A stretch of DNA of 64,000 nt from Spirochaetia bacterium (GCA_965198005.1 CBDAOI010000004.1:320001-384000); one strand, 5' to 3'. Positions 10,831-22,039 are shown, counted from the first letter of the stretch. Translations and numbers: made by a program. The notes: generated from the letters alone by a model not told the origin.

Positions 10831-10859
10831 GGCGGCCGCGCTGGCCGCCGCCCTTACCG

Positions 10860-11365
10860 GGATCCGCAGGCGCGGTGGCGCGCCCGGTCAGCGCGATGAA
10901 CACATCGTCGAGCGTCGGGCGGCGCAGGCCGATGTCGGTGGGCGTGATGCCGGCGGCGTCGAGCGTGCGCACCGCGGCCACCAGGGAGGCCGGACCCTCC
11001 GGGGCGGGCAGGGTGATGGGTCCCTCCGCGCCGCGCTTCGAGCCGTGCTCTGACAGCCGCCCGACCATTTCCACCGCCTCGCGGCCGGTCAGGTACTCGT
11101 CCACGGCGGCGAACTGGCCGGCCAGGCCGATGCGGTTGCGGACCGCCACCGGGTCGCGCACCACGTCGATGCCGGCCACGGTCGCGGTGCCGCCGTCCGG
11201 CCGCAGCAGCGTCGCCAGGACGCGGATCAGCGTGGTCTTGCCGGCGCCGTTCGGCCCCAGCAGGGCGTAGATGACGCCGGCCTCGATCTCCAGGCTGACC
11301 CCGGCCAGGGCCTGGATGTTGCCGAACCGCTTTTCGACCTGATCGGCGTGCACGACGGGTTGCAT
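10860..11365 (-). pseudogene. DrrA-like ABC ATPase with large internal deletion
   Basis: LLGPNGAGKTT and IGLAGQFAAVDE jump to C-terminal LRRPTLDDVF; signature motif and Walker B are missing. Confidence 0.8.
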
Positions 11366-11469
11366 CCGACGATCCGCGGCAAAGATACGCAATCGGGAGA
11401 TGCGGCGTCGCTGACTTCCTGGTATGGAAAGGTCCAATACTGATTATTCCATGGAGCCATTTTGATGCC

Positions 11470-11706
11470 ATGAGAGACCTCCACCAACTGCTGCCCGAGG
11501 TTGCTCCCGACCGCAGTTCCGGGGAGCCGCTGTATCGACAGATCTACCGGAGTCTGCGCGCCGCGATCCTGGCGGGGCGGCTCGAGCCCGGCACGCGCCT
11601 CCCTTCGAGCCGGGCCGCGGCGCTGGAGCTCGGAGTAGCGAGAAACACGGTGATCGCGGTCTTCGAGCAGCTCGCCGACGAGGGCTTCGTCTCGTCGCGG
11701 GTGTAG
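11470..11706 (+). pseudogene. GntR (MocR-like) regulator, wHTH domain only
   Basis: PLYRQIY..LRAAIL.GRL..G.RLPSSR..A.ELGVARNTV; stops at 78 aa. Confidence 0.7.
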
Positions 11707-11797
11707 ATTTCGGGTGAAGCAATGAAGCAAGAGCAATGCGCGCTATTGACGATCCGTGTCGCATCGTCAATAATGAGAATAATGAGCGGTAACCTAC

Positions 11798-12361
11798 GTG
11801 CACGGAATGCTGCAGCGTGCCGGCTTTCCGATTTCCCAAGCGATCTCCACCTTCGACGTCAAACACGCCTGCGCCAGCGGTGCGATCGCCTTGTTGAGCG
11901 TGGGCGCCATGCTGGGCGCGAGTCGTGCCGGTGGGGAGCGCGGTCTGATCATCTGCACCGACGAAGCGCGCTACGCGCCGGGCAGCAAGGCGGAGATCAC
12001 GCAGGGTGCGGCGGCGGTGGCCATCCTGGCGGAACCCGCCCCGCGCCTGCTTGCTATTGACTTGGGAGACGTAGGCTATTCCTCGCACGACGTAGACGAC
12101 TTCTTTCGCCCCCTCGGATCGCTTACGGCCCAGGTAAAGGGCCGCTTCTCCATCGAGTGCTACCAGACCACGGTCGAGGAGGCGCTGCTCGATCTGTGCG
12201 CCCGCACCGGGCGCAGCATGCCGGAGCTGCTGAGCTTGGCGGCGCTGCTGGCGGCACGCTGCCGGGAACTGCCGCTGGAGACCGAGATCCCCGCGCGCAG
12301 CTTCTACTTGCAGGAGGTTCGTGCCGACGGGTACCGCGTGTATGGGCTCCGGGGCGGGTGA
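11798..12361 (+). pseudogene. HMG-CoA synthase, N-terminal and internal deletions
   Basis: VKHACASG (catalytic Cys), AEITQGAAAVA, DVDDFFRPL, C-terminal GYRVY; lies upstream of the IPP isomerase. Confidence 0.75.
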
Positions 12362-12365
12362 GGGA

Positions 12366-14603
12366 ATGACTGCGCAACGCTCCGGAGACACCGAGATTGC
12401 GCTCCGCAAGGAGCATCATCTCGACATCTGTCTCGACGATCAACGCTACCCCGATCCCGCACCCATGGGCACCAGCCTCGATCAGGTGCAGTTCCTGCAC
12501 CAGGCACTGCCGGAGTTGGACAGCGCCCGGGTGGACACGACCCAACCGTTTCTGCACGCAACGTTGCGCCTGCCGCTGATGATCTCCTGCATGACCGGCG
12601 GGTCCGGGCGCGGCCGATCCGCCAACCGGGCGCTGGCCGCAGCCGCGCAGCGGGCGGGCGTTGCCGTAGGGCTGGGGTCGATCCGCCCACTGCTGCAGGA
12701 CGAGGCCACCTTCGGGGACTTCCACGTCAAGCCGCTGGCGCCGGACGTGCCGGTGCTGGCCAACCTCGGGGCGGTGCAACTCCGCGACCTGCACGTCCAC
12801 ACCGTGCGCCGGGTGCTGCAGCGTCTGGAGGTGCAGGCGTTGGTGGTGCATCTCAACGCCGGTCAGGAGCTGTTCCAGCCAGACGGCGACCGTGACTTCT
12901 GTGGCCTGTTGGGCGCCATCGAGCGCGTCACCGGAGAGTGCGGGCTGCCGGTGATCGTCAAGGAGACCGGATTCGGGATTCGGCCGGGGCTGGTGCGATC
13001 CCTGCTCGGCTGCGGCGTGCAGTACGTAGATCTGGCCGGCGCCGACGGCACCAATTGGGTAACGGTGGAGGGCCGGCGGCTGCCGGAGAGCCGCCAGGCG
13101 AGCGCCGAGACGTTTGCGGGGTGGGGCCTGCCTACCGGGGTGCTGCTGGCGCTTCTCCGAGACGTGGCCGGCAGCGTGATCGCTTCCGGCGGACTGCGTC
13201 ACGGGGTGCACCTGGCCAAGGCGGTGGCGATGGGCGCGGCCTGCGGCGCCATGGCCCTTCCCTTCATCCGCGCCGTCATGGCCGACGGCAGCGACGGCGC
13301 ACTGGCCCTGATCCACCGGGTCGAGCATGAGCTGAGGACCGCCATGACGCTGTGCGGTGCAACCTCGTTGGCCGCACTACGGCAGGCGCCCGTGCTCCAA
13401 TCGGCGTCCTTCCGGCACCAAGTGGCGGAACTCAAGCACGCCGACTCGGCGTTTCCCGCCTGCCACCGGCCGACGCGGAATGCAATAACGGCAGCGGCAG
13501 CGTTACGAGAACGGGCGAGCGACGATATCGCCTATCAGACAGGAATCCTGCCGGGTGTCTCGCGGACCTTCGCACTGACCATTCCCCAGCTACCCGAGCA
13601 GCTACGCCAGGTCGTCTGCAATACCTACCTCCTGTGTCGAATCGCGGACACGGTCGAAGACGAGCCGGAGCTTTCCGCGCCGCAGAAGCAGGAGTTCCTG
13701 TCCCGCCTGGTCCGCGTGGTGACCGGCCACCAAGAGCCAGAGTCGTTCGCGCGCGAGCTTCATCCTCTGCTGTCGTCCGCAACCCTGCCAAGCGAACGGG
13801 ATCTGGTTGCCAATACGCCCCGGATCGTCCGCATCACGCACCAGCTCCGTCCGGTTCAGCGCAACGCCGTGGAACGTTGCGTGTCCATCATGGCGCACGG
13901 CATGGCGGAGTTTCAGCACATGGCGACACTCGGCGGCTTGGCCGACCAGGCGCACCTCGATCGCTACTGCTATTACGTCGCCGGGGTCGTGGGAGAGACC
14001 CTCACCGAGCTGTTCTGTGACTACTCCGACGAAATCAACCAGCGTCGAGACGATCTGTTCCGGCTGTCGGTCGCGTTCGGCCAAGGATTGCAGATGACCA
14101 ACATCCTCAAGGACGTGTGGACCGATCGTCTTGTCGGGTCTTGCTGGCTGCCGCAGGACATCTTTCGCTCGACCGGGTTCGAACTTCGATCGTTGCCCAG
14201 CGGACGCTCGGATCCCAGATTCGCCGCGGGGATGCTCGATCTGGTGGCGGTCGCCTCCCGGCATCTGGAGGACGCGTTGCGATTCACCCTTCTCATTCCG
14301 GCCCGCGAGACCGGCATCCGCCGATTCTGCCTCTGGGCGCTGGGTATGGCCGTGCTCAGTCTCCGCCGCATCTACGCCCAACCGGACTTTGCCGAGGCGA
14401 GCCAAGTAAAGATCACCCGCCGCAGTGTGCGCGCGACCATGATCGCCGGCAGCGCACTGGCCGGCTCGGACCCGGCACTGAGGATGCTCTTCCGATCGCT
14501 CACGCGAAAGATTCGCAGGCGCCCCGGAAGCCGGAACGCGTGTTGTCTGCGTCCAGGCGAAACTAGCGCCGAGGAGGTGACCAGCGATGGCCATGCCGTC
14601 TGA
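12366..14603 (+). CDS. fni: type 2 isopentenyl-diphosphate isomerase fused in frame to squalene/phytoene synthase
   Basis: N-part: RKEHHL, MTGG, HLNAGQE, VKETGFG, SGGLR. C-part: VSRTF, DTVED, YCYYVAGVVG, LQMTNILKD. Confidence 0.8.
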   Translation: MTAQRSGDTEIALRKEHHLDICLDDQRYPDPAPMGTSLDQVQFLHQALPELDSARVDTTQPFLHATLRLPLMISCMTGGSGRGRSANRALAAAAQRAGVAVGLGSIRPLLQDEATFGDFHVKPLAPDVPVLANLGAVQLRDLHVHTVRRVLQRLEVQALVVHLNAGQELFQPDGDRDFCGLLGAIERVTGECGLPVIVKETGFGIRPGLVRSLLGCGVQYVDLAGADGTNWVTVEGRRLPESRQASAETFAGWGLPTGVLLALLRDVAGSVIASGGLRHGVHLAKAVAMGAACGAMALPFIRAVMADGSDGALALIHRVEHELRTAMTLCGATSLAALRQAPVLQSASFRHQVAELKHADSAFPACHRPTRNAITAAAALRERASDDIAYQTGILPGVSRTFALTIPQLPEQLRQVVCNTYLLCRIADTVEDEPELSAPQKQEFLSRLVRVVTGHQEPESFARELHPLLSSATLPSERDLVANTPRIVRITHQLRPVQRNAVERCVSIMAHGMAEFQHMATLGGLADQAHLDRYCYYVAGVVGETLTELFCDYSDEINQRRDDLFRLSVAFGQGLQMTNILKDVWTDRLVGSCWLPQDIFRSTGFELRSLPSGRSDPRFAAGMLDLVAVASRHLEDALRFTLLIPARETGIRRFCLWALGMAVLSLRRIYAQPDFAEASQVKITRRSVRATMIAGSALAGSDPALRMLFRSLTRKIRRRPGSRNACCLRPGETSAEEVTSDGHAV

Positions 14604-14865
14604 TTACATCTCGGGTTACGAGAACGCATGCGCTATCGATGCTCGGATGGCATCGAACTACGTCGCGCACACGCTCGTCGGAGATCCCGCCGCGGACGAG
14701 TTGGTGGCAAGCCTCGCCTCACGTCAGCCGGAAGAATCGGCACGGCTCGTGCGTACGGCAATGAACGATCCGGACGATCCTGCGCTCCGCGGTGCTCCGT
14801 CCATCTCCGGCGCGGGGGGCTCAAGGTTGCTCCCGGCAGGTTGCCTCGCCCGCCTGGGATTCTAG
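14587..14865 (+). pseudogene. truncated 5' end of a putative MpaB/ER-bound oxygenase-like gene
   Basis: NYVAHTLVGDPAADELV resembles N-termini of this family; coding character lost after ~14800. Confidence 0.4.
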
Positions 14866-15297
14866 CAGTCCCGGACGAACTTTCTACTCTCTAAAGGGTA
14901 CAGGGGGGGGTAGGATCGGCTGCGTCACCGCCAGCCGGTCGATGCTGGAAATCGAGTGCTCTCTGGGCAACACTTGTCGGTCCGGTCCGACCCAGCGATC
15001 CGGCATCCGAAGGGAGGCGCATATCAGGCCGATGACGTTCTGTTCCGGTATGCACCTGACCAAGGGCGCCTACCCCGCCGGGCGGTCCGTGCGCCACGCC
15101 CGAAGCGCCGCGACCAGAGACTCTGCCGACTCAGTGCGTTACACTTTCCGCCGCTGCCCTCCGGCAGCGAGAGTATAAGTAAGGCGCGCGGAGCACCGTC
15201 GGTTCGAATTCTGCGTTGCCGGCCTTCACCGAAATCGGCCGTTACGCCGGTGGTGGCGTACGGCCGCCCTGCCCTATAGTGAGAGCGGTGACTGGCC

Positions 15298-15561
15298 GTG
15301 CCGTACCCGGATGCCATCCTTACTCCACATGCCCAATCCCAGATGCGACGTCGCGGAGTCACCGAGACGGACGTTCGTGTGGTGCTCGCATCACCGGAGC
15401 AGGTGCTGGAAGTGCGACCAAATCGTGTCGTGTTGCAGTCTCGCGTGAACCTCGGTTCGACTGCGCAGCTGATCCGCGTGTTTGTCGACGTCGATCGAGT
15501 GCCCGAGGAGGTGGTAACGGTGTATCTCACGAGCCGAGTCGACAAGTACTGGGAGGCGTGA
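15298..15561 (+). CDS. DUF4258-like putative toxin
   Basis: LTPHAQSQMRRRGVT...VVTVY; upstream of a DUF2283-like gene. Confidence 0.7.
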   Translation: MPYPDAILTPHAQSQMRRRGVTETDVRVVLASPEQVLEVRPNRVVLQSRVNLGSTAQLIRVFVDVDRVPEEVVTVYLTSRVDKYWEA

Positions 15562-15568
15562 ACGAACC

Positions 15569-15769
15569 ATGAAAGCGACGTATGACGTCAAGACAGACTC
15601 GTTGACCGTGATCCTCAAGGAGAATGCCGCGATCGCGGAGAGCGACGAAGACAAGCCTGGTGTGATCCTTGATTACGACGAACACGGCAATCTTGTGTCA
15701 CTCGAGATTCTCGATGCATCCCGACGCGTGACTCAAGCGCAGAAGATGGAGTTCCAGACTACCGAGTAG
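15569..15769 (+). CDS. DUF2283-like putative antitoxin
   Basis: MKATYD...VILDYDEHGNLVSLEILDAS. Confidence 0.8.
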   Translation: MKATYDVKTDSLTVILKENAAIAESDEDKPGVILDYDEHGNLVSLEILDASRRVTQAQKMEFQTTE

Positions 15770-15989
15770 AAACCGACAACGCAGAGATCGCACTAGCCTA
15801 TCCGACATCGACGAAACCCAATTGTCGCGCGTACGGTGAGCTCGTGTCGAAGGGGCCTTCGCGCTCCCTCTCGCCGCCCGGGGCGGAATGCCCTCGGGCA
15901 CCACCGCCGAGGCGAACAGTCCCTCGGCCCGGCAGCGTCGTGCGTGCCGGCCGAACGCGCAGCCGACGAACACCTCGTCGGGGCCGCAC

Positions 15990-16465
15990 GCTGAGTGGGC
16001 CAGCGCCGCGCGGCTGGTCGACCAGCAACTCAAACAGGCGCACAGCCGGCTCGACGAACTGCTGGCCGAGATTGTGGCCGACGACGACTCGGGTGAACCA
16101 GAAGAGCAGCGTGACGCCGTCATCCTGCGTTCGATGCCCGGTGTTGGTCGGATCGTGCTCGCCACGCTGTTCGCGGAGGCCTCACAGCCTGTGGCTGAGC
16201 GAGACTACCACAGGTTGCGGATTCTGACCGGGGTGGCGCCGGTGACCAAGCGGTCGGGGAAGAGTTGCCAGGTGAGCATGCGCCGTGCCTGCAACCAGCG
16301 GCTGAGCAACGCGATGTATCACTGGGCGCGGGTGGCGATCCAGCACGATCCGGTGAGTCGGGAGCGGTATGCGGCGCTACGAGCGCGCGGGCAGCGCCAT
16401 GGCCGGGCGCTGCGTACGGTCGCGGACCGGTTGCTCGCGGTGGCGTGCGCGATGCTGCGTGACCG
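15990..16465 (+). mobile_element. IS110-family transposase, C-terminal fragment
   Basis: ILRSMPGVG, GVAPVTKRSGK, ALRTVADRLL; fused to an unrelated downstream fragment. Confidence 0.75.
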
Positions 16466-16733
16466 CACGGAACGACAACGGCGCTATCGAGAGCGTCGCA
16501 AGGCAGCGCAGCCCCGGGTGCAGTACCGCAGGCCGCAAGACCGCAGGTCCCGACCGCAGCAGGATGCGGTGGGCACCCTGCTCGACCTCCAGGGTGAGTA
16601 TCAAGCGTGGCTCGACCACTTGCCCGACAGTCTCCAGGAGTCCGCGCTCGCACAGCGGCTGGAGGCGATGTGCGGGCTTGATCTTGCCGAACTGGAGAGC
16701 GTCGAGCCGCCGCGCGGGTTTGGGCGCGACTGA
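16466..16733 (+). pseudogene. conserved hypothetical protein fragment (mobile-element associated)
   Basis: ERQRRYRER...EYQAWLDHLPDSLQES...PPRGFGRD. Confidence 0.5.
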
Positions 16734-16924
16734 GGGGGGTTCCGCAGCCCGCACCTCACGTCGTTCCTGACCTGCAAGCGCTGATCAGTGCCGGTCTCGG
16801 ATTGATGTTCGAGGTGGCACACGGGAGCCGGGGTGGCGGACCGCGCGGCGTCAGCGGTGTCAGCGGTGGTAGGAAACGGCTTTGACGGGCATTTTGCGGG
16901 ATTCCGGGGGGTACCCTGGGGTAT

Positions 16925-18260
16925 GAGCGCCAGGCTAACTGGCATATGACAGAGGGTGAAAGTCCCTCGGAACGAAGGAGCAGCCAATCCACGTTTCTCC
17001 GCGAGCCGTGCGTTGGCACCTGCGAGGGTGCAGGCGAAGCGTCGGCAGCGGTGCGTGCGGGCAGAGTTATGGAGCGCCGCAAAATACGACATCTGGAGTG
17101 CCGAGACTCTGTACTCGGTCGAAGGCAACACCGGTCGAGCCAGTATGGTGAGGATCGACCGGGCTCCACGGCGTCGAAGAACTCAGGCACGTACGTACGT
17201 CATATACCGGGACCTGGGAGGTCTTCGGGTCGTCCCGGCGGGTCGTCGCCGGGACCGCGGAGGGAAGGCGTGAGGCTGGACCAAAGATGAACGACCCGAA
17301 GGAGTCGGACATGGGCATAGTAGCGGCGAAGCCGGCGAACAAGGGAGCGCAAGCGACTGCGGAGACGGTGGAGCGAAGGCCCATGACCAACGGGAATTCG
17401 CAAGGTCAAAGCACGGGCCGGACGCAGAGTCGGGCAACCGTGACACAGGCGGCCGAGCGGATACGAACCGCAGGAGTACGACGTGACGGGCGTTGGAAGT
17501 GCGCGAAGCGGCTGGACGGGATTGTACGACGGGGTTGGAAGTGCGCTTGCACGACCTGCACCGGCGAGTACACACAGGAGCGTACCGAGCGACCCCGGTA
17601 CGGCGGGTCAACAAGCGGGACTGGTTGATCAGATTCCTGGAGCATCGGATTGGAGATCGGCGGGTGCTGCGGCTGATAAAGAAGTGGCTGCGCGCTGGGG
17701 TACTGGAAGAAGGCCGACAGATCGACGCGGGGCGGGGTACAGCGCAAGGGTCGGTGATTTCACCGATGCTCGCGAATATCTATCTGCACTACGTGTTGGA
17801 CCTGTGGGTCACCAAGAAGTGGCGGCCGCAGGAGGCGCGCGGAGACATGATCATAGTGCGCTACGCAGATGACTATGTCGCCGGGTTCGAGCATCGTGAC
17901 GATGCGGAACGCTTCCTGCGGGAACTGAAGGAGCGATTCAGAGGCTTCGAGCTGGAACTGAACGCCGACAAGACCCGACTCCTCGAGTTTGGACGGTATG
18001 CCGAAAGGAACCGCCTGGCGCGCGGGGAAGGGCGACCGGAGACGTTCGACTTTCTGGGTTTCACGCATTATTGCAGGAAGGACAGGAAAGGACGCTTCGG
18101 GCTGGGGCGGAAGCCAATTCGGAAGCGGATGAATCGTACGCTGAAGAGGATCAAGATCGAGCTCCGCAGACGAATGCATGATGACGTGATGGAAACCGGG
18201 CGCTGGCTGGGACGGGTACTGCGCGGATGGCTCAACTACTACGCGGTACCCGCGACCTCC
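16925..18260 (+). mobile_element. degenerate group II intron 1 with fragmented reverse transcriptase; 3' end lost
   Basis: 5' GAGCGCC and domain I-like motifs (GCGAAGCG, GTGCCGA..GAAGGC); RT pieces from 17287: AQGSVISPMLANIYLHYVLD, RYADD, FDFLGFTH. Confidence 0.8.
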
Positions 18261-18439
18261 CTGGGTTTGGAAGGCCGTCAGGGGGCCGCTATGAGGCCGC
18301 GAGCGGCCCGCCGCCGGCCAATCGGCGGTGAATGCCGGCCCTGAACGGGTCCGAGTGCCGAGATCGTCGCCGCGGCGGCGCTCGTGCTGCCGCTTCTGTC
18401 CGAGCAGCCTCGAACTCAACCGGCGAGCGGCTCGCGGTT

Positions 18440-19282
18440 GCACCTCCGGAGCGCCGCGACGGCCAAGCCGGAGGGTCACACCAGCCTGTACCAGGATATC
18501 GACGGGCTGCGCCGCGGTCGGCTGCTGGACCACCGCTGCACCATCGACGCGACCGGGGACCGGCATGAATACGAGTGGGTTACCGGGGTGCCGCTGAACG
18601 GCAAGCCCCGCAGTCCCAAGATCAACTTCGTGCACTACCGCATCGTACGGGCCGGCACGACCACCTATCACAACGCCTGGGTGACCGACTTGGTGCCCAG
18701 CGCTGGCAGCGTGGCGCGGATCGTGCGTGCGGGACGAGCACGCTGGAAGATCGAGAACGAGGGGTCGATACGCTGAAGCGCTGAAGCGCTGAAGAACCAG
18801 GGCTATCACCTGGAGCACAACTTCGGCCACGGTGACAAGTACTTGTCGGAGGCGTTCTTCGTGCCGGGCCTGCTGGCCTGTTTCATGCACCGGATATTCG
18901 AGCTGGTGGACGGTCTGTATCAGCAGGTGCGGGCTGGGTTCGGGTCGCGCCGGGAGTTCTGGGGCGCGATTCGCGCCACGTTCCGGCTATTCCTGTTCCG
19001 GTCGTGGGACCAGGTGCTGGTGCGGATGAATTCGCCGCCGCAGCCGCTGTCCGGGTAGCCGCTCCCTGGGGAACTGAACCTGCTCCCTGAACGATCCCTG
19101 ACTGGGGCTGCGGCGCAGGTGTGCCGGCGGCGCGCGGGCAACCGGCCCCGAAGGGCCGATCGCCGCACCGCGCCAGCCCGCGGCATCGGCCGAGCGGCGG
19201 TGGCTGACGGTGGTCAGGTCATCGCACGGGGCTGCATGACGGTGGCTAAATACGTCACCTGCAATCAGTTACAGAATTTCTG
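18440..19282 (+). mobile_element. ISNCY-like DDE transposase element, 3' part (copy 1)
   Basis: GRARWKIENE, LKNQGYHLEHNFGHG; near-identical to 34449-35270; left boundary approximate. Confidence 0.8.
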
Positions 19283-19302
19283 CCGGGTCGGGCCGTGGGT
19301 GC

Positions 19303-19596
19303 ATTCACTCGGTGGGCCAACAGGTGGGCATGGTCGCGTTTCACACTCGGAGGGCTTGAGCTTATGACAGGGCTTGCGATCTCGCCCTCGAAACTTTTCT
19401 GTAACCTTTCGGCGCCCAATGTTGCCATATCTGTTTACGATGCACCTCTGCCCCCCGTTCTCCGAGAATCGCTGTCGCGCCGTGCGGGTGCTTGCCTCCC
19501 ACGGGAAGAATGGGTATATTGAAGTCGTGTATTCACTTGGTGGGCCAACAGGTGGGCATGGTCGCGTTTCACACTCGGAGGGCTTGAGCTTATGAC
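19303..19596 (+). repeat. two 66-bp direct repeats (19303-19368, 19531-19596; 1 mismatch)
   Basis: ATTCACTYGGTGGGCCAACAGG...GAGCTTATGAC; the second copy follows TTGCCT-N17-TATATT. Confidence 0.9.
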
Positions 19597-19645
19597 CCTC
19601 TGCCCCTCTACCAGCGGTTCCCCGAGAATCGCTGCTGTTTGCCTG

Positions 19646-19861
19646 TTGACTTGTTTGCCGCAGGCGTGCCATACTAAAAGCCTCGGGTTTGAACGGATGC
19701 AAAAGATGGGTGATAACACTACTCAGCACTGCCACCGGTTAGCGGCAACGCAGCCGGCGCGTCCTATCCTCGCCTACCCCCCCCCCCCCCCCGGCGGGAG
19801 CTCCAAGAATTCGTTTCGCGGGGGTTGAAAAATGGTGAGGAGTCCCCCCCCCCCCCCCCCC
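19646..19861 (+). promoter_or_regulatory. diverged leader unit with promoter-like box and C16/C18 tracts upstream of SBP1
   Basis: TTGACT-N18-CATACT, GCCTC..GACGGAT-like and ACCGGTT..GCAGCC segments as in the other arrays; poly-C at 19777-19792 and 19844-19861. Confidence 0.6.
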
Positions 19862-20106
19862 GAGTTTCCAAGCATCCTGTAAGCCCAAGTCCTGACCGCT
19901 CACCGAGCCGCCTCCACCACTCCACGCCACCGACCACGCTGACGGCGTCGCGGCTGCACCACGCTCCCACGACGCGATTTCTCCGCGCCTTGCGCTCCGA
20001 GCCGGGCGGCGACCACCAGCACCATGTCAAACAGCCGGAGTATGCGGCCCAAGAAAAACACGGGTACGGGACCCAGTCCCGATCCCGAAACGAGGAGGAG
20101 TACGTT

Positions 20107-21912
20107 ATGACTCCAAGACTCATGTTGTTGCCGCTGGCGTTCGCGCTGGTGGCTACCGTTACGTTCGCCAGCGGCGAGAGCGACCAGCCGGCCGCCGCGG
20201 CCGAGAAGGAGATGGTGCGCGACCCGGCCACCGGCAAGATGGTGACCGCGCCCGAGTACGGCGGCACGATCAGATTGCTTACGACCGCCAAGCCGGAGGG
20301 CATCGACCCCTACTTCAATTACACGGCTGGGATGTGGATCGGGCTGGTCAACGAGAAGCTGGGCATCGGCGACTGGGCATTCGACCGGAGTGTGTACGGC
20401 TTCAACACGCTCTACTTGCCCGAAGAGGTGGTCAGGGGACAGCTGGCTGAGAGCTGGGAGAACCCGGATCCGCTCACCTACGTGTTCAAGATCCGCGATG
20501 ACGTGTTCTGGCACGACAAGGCCCAGGTAAACGGCCGGCAGCTGACCGCCCACGATATCGCCTACAGCTTCAACCGGGTCCTGGGCCTTGACGGCGGCGA
20601 GCCGGGGCAGGATATAGGCATCGGTCCGCTGCCTAAGGTGGAGTGGGATTCGATCACCGCTCCCGACGATTCGACGGTCGTGGTCAAGTTGAAAGCGCCC
20701 TTTCTCGATGCCTTGAAGACACTCACCGTTTGTGCTCATTGCTACATCGTCGCCCGCGAGGTCGTCGAGCAATTCGGGGATATTCAAGACTGGCGCAACG
20801 TGACCGGAACGGGTCCCTACCAGCTCACCGACGTGGTGGAGGGAAGCTCGTGGACCTACACCAAGATCGATGACTACTGGGGCTTCGACGAGAAGTACCC
20901 CGACAACCGTTTGCCCTACGCCGATCAGATCGAGTTCCTGATCGTCTTTGACCCGGCTACCAGGCTGTCCCTGATGCGCTCTGGGCAGGCGGATTGGATG
21001 GGGTGGGGAACGAACTCGCACCTCTCCAGCGTCGACCAGGCCCTGAGTCTGCAGAAGACCAATCCCGACTTGGTGCTTACCACGTTTTCGTTTCGTGCGG
21101 AGACGGGGTTCACGTTTGACAACCAGAGCGAACCCTGGAACGACATCCGCGTGCGCCGTGCCCTCAACATGGCCATAGACTTCGACGCCATCTCCGAGTC
21201 CTACCATCAGGGGTGGTCCGATACGACGCCGGTCGGCGGTTTCGGCAGGGCTGTGCTCGGGTATGCGGTGCCGTTCGCGGAGTGGCCCGAGGAGATCGCG
21301 CAGTGGTATCGGTTCGACCCCGACGCGGCCGAGCTGCTGCTGGACGAGGCCGGCCTTCCGCGCGACGCGGACGGCGTCCGTTTCAAGACCGTCTACGAGC
21401 ACTACGAGTTCTTCGACCTCGGCTACTACCAGATTGCCATGGATTACCTCAGGCAGATCGGCATCGACGTCGAGATCCGGGAGATTACCCGCTCGACACA
21501 CCAACAGGGGGGCAACGAGTGCAGTTCGAACCCGTTTGACTGTCCCTATCTCGGGTTGAGAACGGATGTACATGGCGCCGAGTATCCCAGTGCGACCGCT
21601 GTCATCCAGGATACGTCGTCGACGGCTGGGTGGCGGGACCAGAACGTCATCGACGCTGAGTTTGACGAATACTTCCAGAACATGCTGGCCGCCACCACGC
21701 TAGAGGAGCAGCAGGAGTGGGCGCGAAAGGCCGACCTGCGCATCGCCGAGGGGATATGGGTGATACGGGGGCCGAGAGCTCCCCTGTTCAATGTTGGCCA
21801 GCCATGGCTCAAGGGCTACAACGGGGAAGGTGATCTCGGCAATCTCCAGAGAATGCCGATCTACGCCCGCCTCTGGATCGACCAGGATCTGAAGCGCGAG
21901 ATGGGATCCTGA
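20107..21912 (+). CDS. family 5 ABC substrate-binding protein (SBP1)
   Basis: SD GAGGAGG, signal peptide, PEYGG, LAESWE, GTGPY, NRLPY, DIRVRRAL, ARLWID. Confidence 0.92.
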   Translation: MTPRLMLLPLAFALVATVTFASGESDQPAAAAEKEMVRDPATGKMVTAPEYGGTIRLLTTAKPEGIDPYFNYTAGMWIGLVNEKLGIGDWAFDRSVYGFNTLYLPEEVVRGQLAESWENPDPLTYVFKIRDDVFWHDKAQVNGRQLTAHDIAYSFNRVLGLDGGEPGQDIGIGPLPKVEWDSITAPDDSTVVVKLKAPFLDALKTLTVCAHCYIVAREVVEQFGDIQDWRNVTGTGPYQLTDVVEGSSWTYTKIDDYWGFDEKYPDNRLPYADQIEFLIVFDPATRLSLMRSGQADWMGWGTNSHLSSVDQALSLQKTNPDLVLTTFSFRAETGFTFDNQSEPWNDIRVRRALNMAIDFDAISESYHQGWSDTTPVGGFGRAVLGYAVPFAEWPEEIAQWYRFDPDAAELLLDEAGLPRDADGVRFKTVYEHYEFFDLGYYQIAMDYLRQIGIDVEIREITRSTHQQGGNECSSNPFDCPYLGLRTDVHGAEYPSATAVIQDTSSTAGWRDQNVIDAEFDEYFQNMLAATTLEEQQEWARKADLRIAEGIWVIRGPRAPLFNVGQPWLKGYNGEGDLGNLQRMPIYARLWIDQDLKREMGS

Positions 21913-21920
21913 CGCCAATC

Positions 21921-21947
21921 ATGGAGCCCGCCTTCAGGCGGCTCCAT
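21921..21947 (+). terminator. intercistronic stem-loop after SBP1
   Basis: ATGGAGCC-CGCCTTCAGGCG-GCTCCAT inverted repeat; no U-tract. Confidence 0.5.
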
Positions 21948-22039
21948 GAGTTCATTGCCCCGTAGACGCGAGCCAGGGCGCGTCTTCCTGCTCTCATTCT
22001 GAATTGAGAGCAACATCGAGACACGGCATCTGAGTCGAC

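Noticed and set aside
15185-15225. GGTTCGAATTC resembling a tRNA T-loop
   Set aside because: No cloverleaf or acceptor stem could be built around it.
19825-20106. N-terminal extension of SBP1 through the poly-C tract
   Set aside because: The SD and signal peptide place the start at 20107; the extension is low-complexity.
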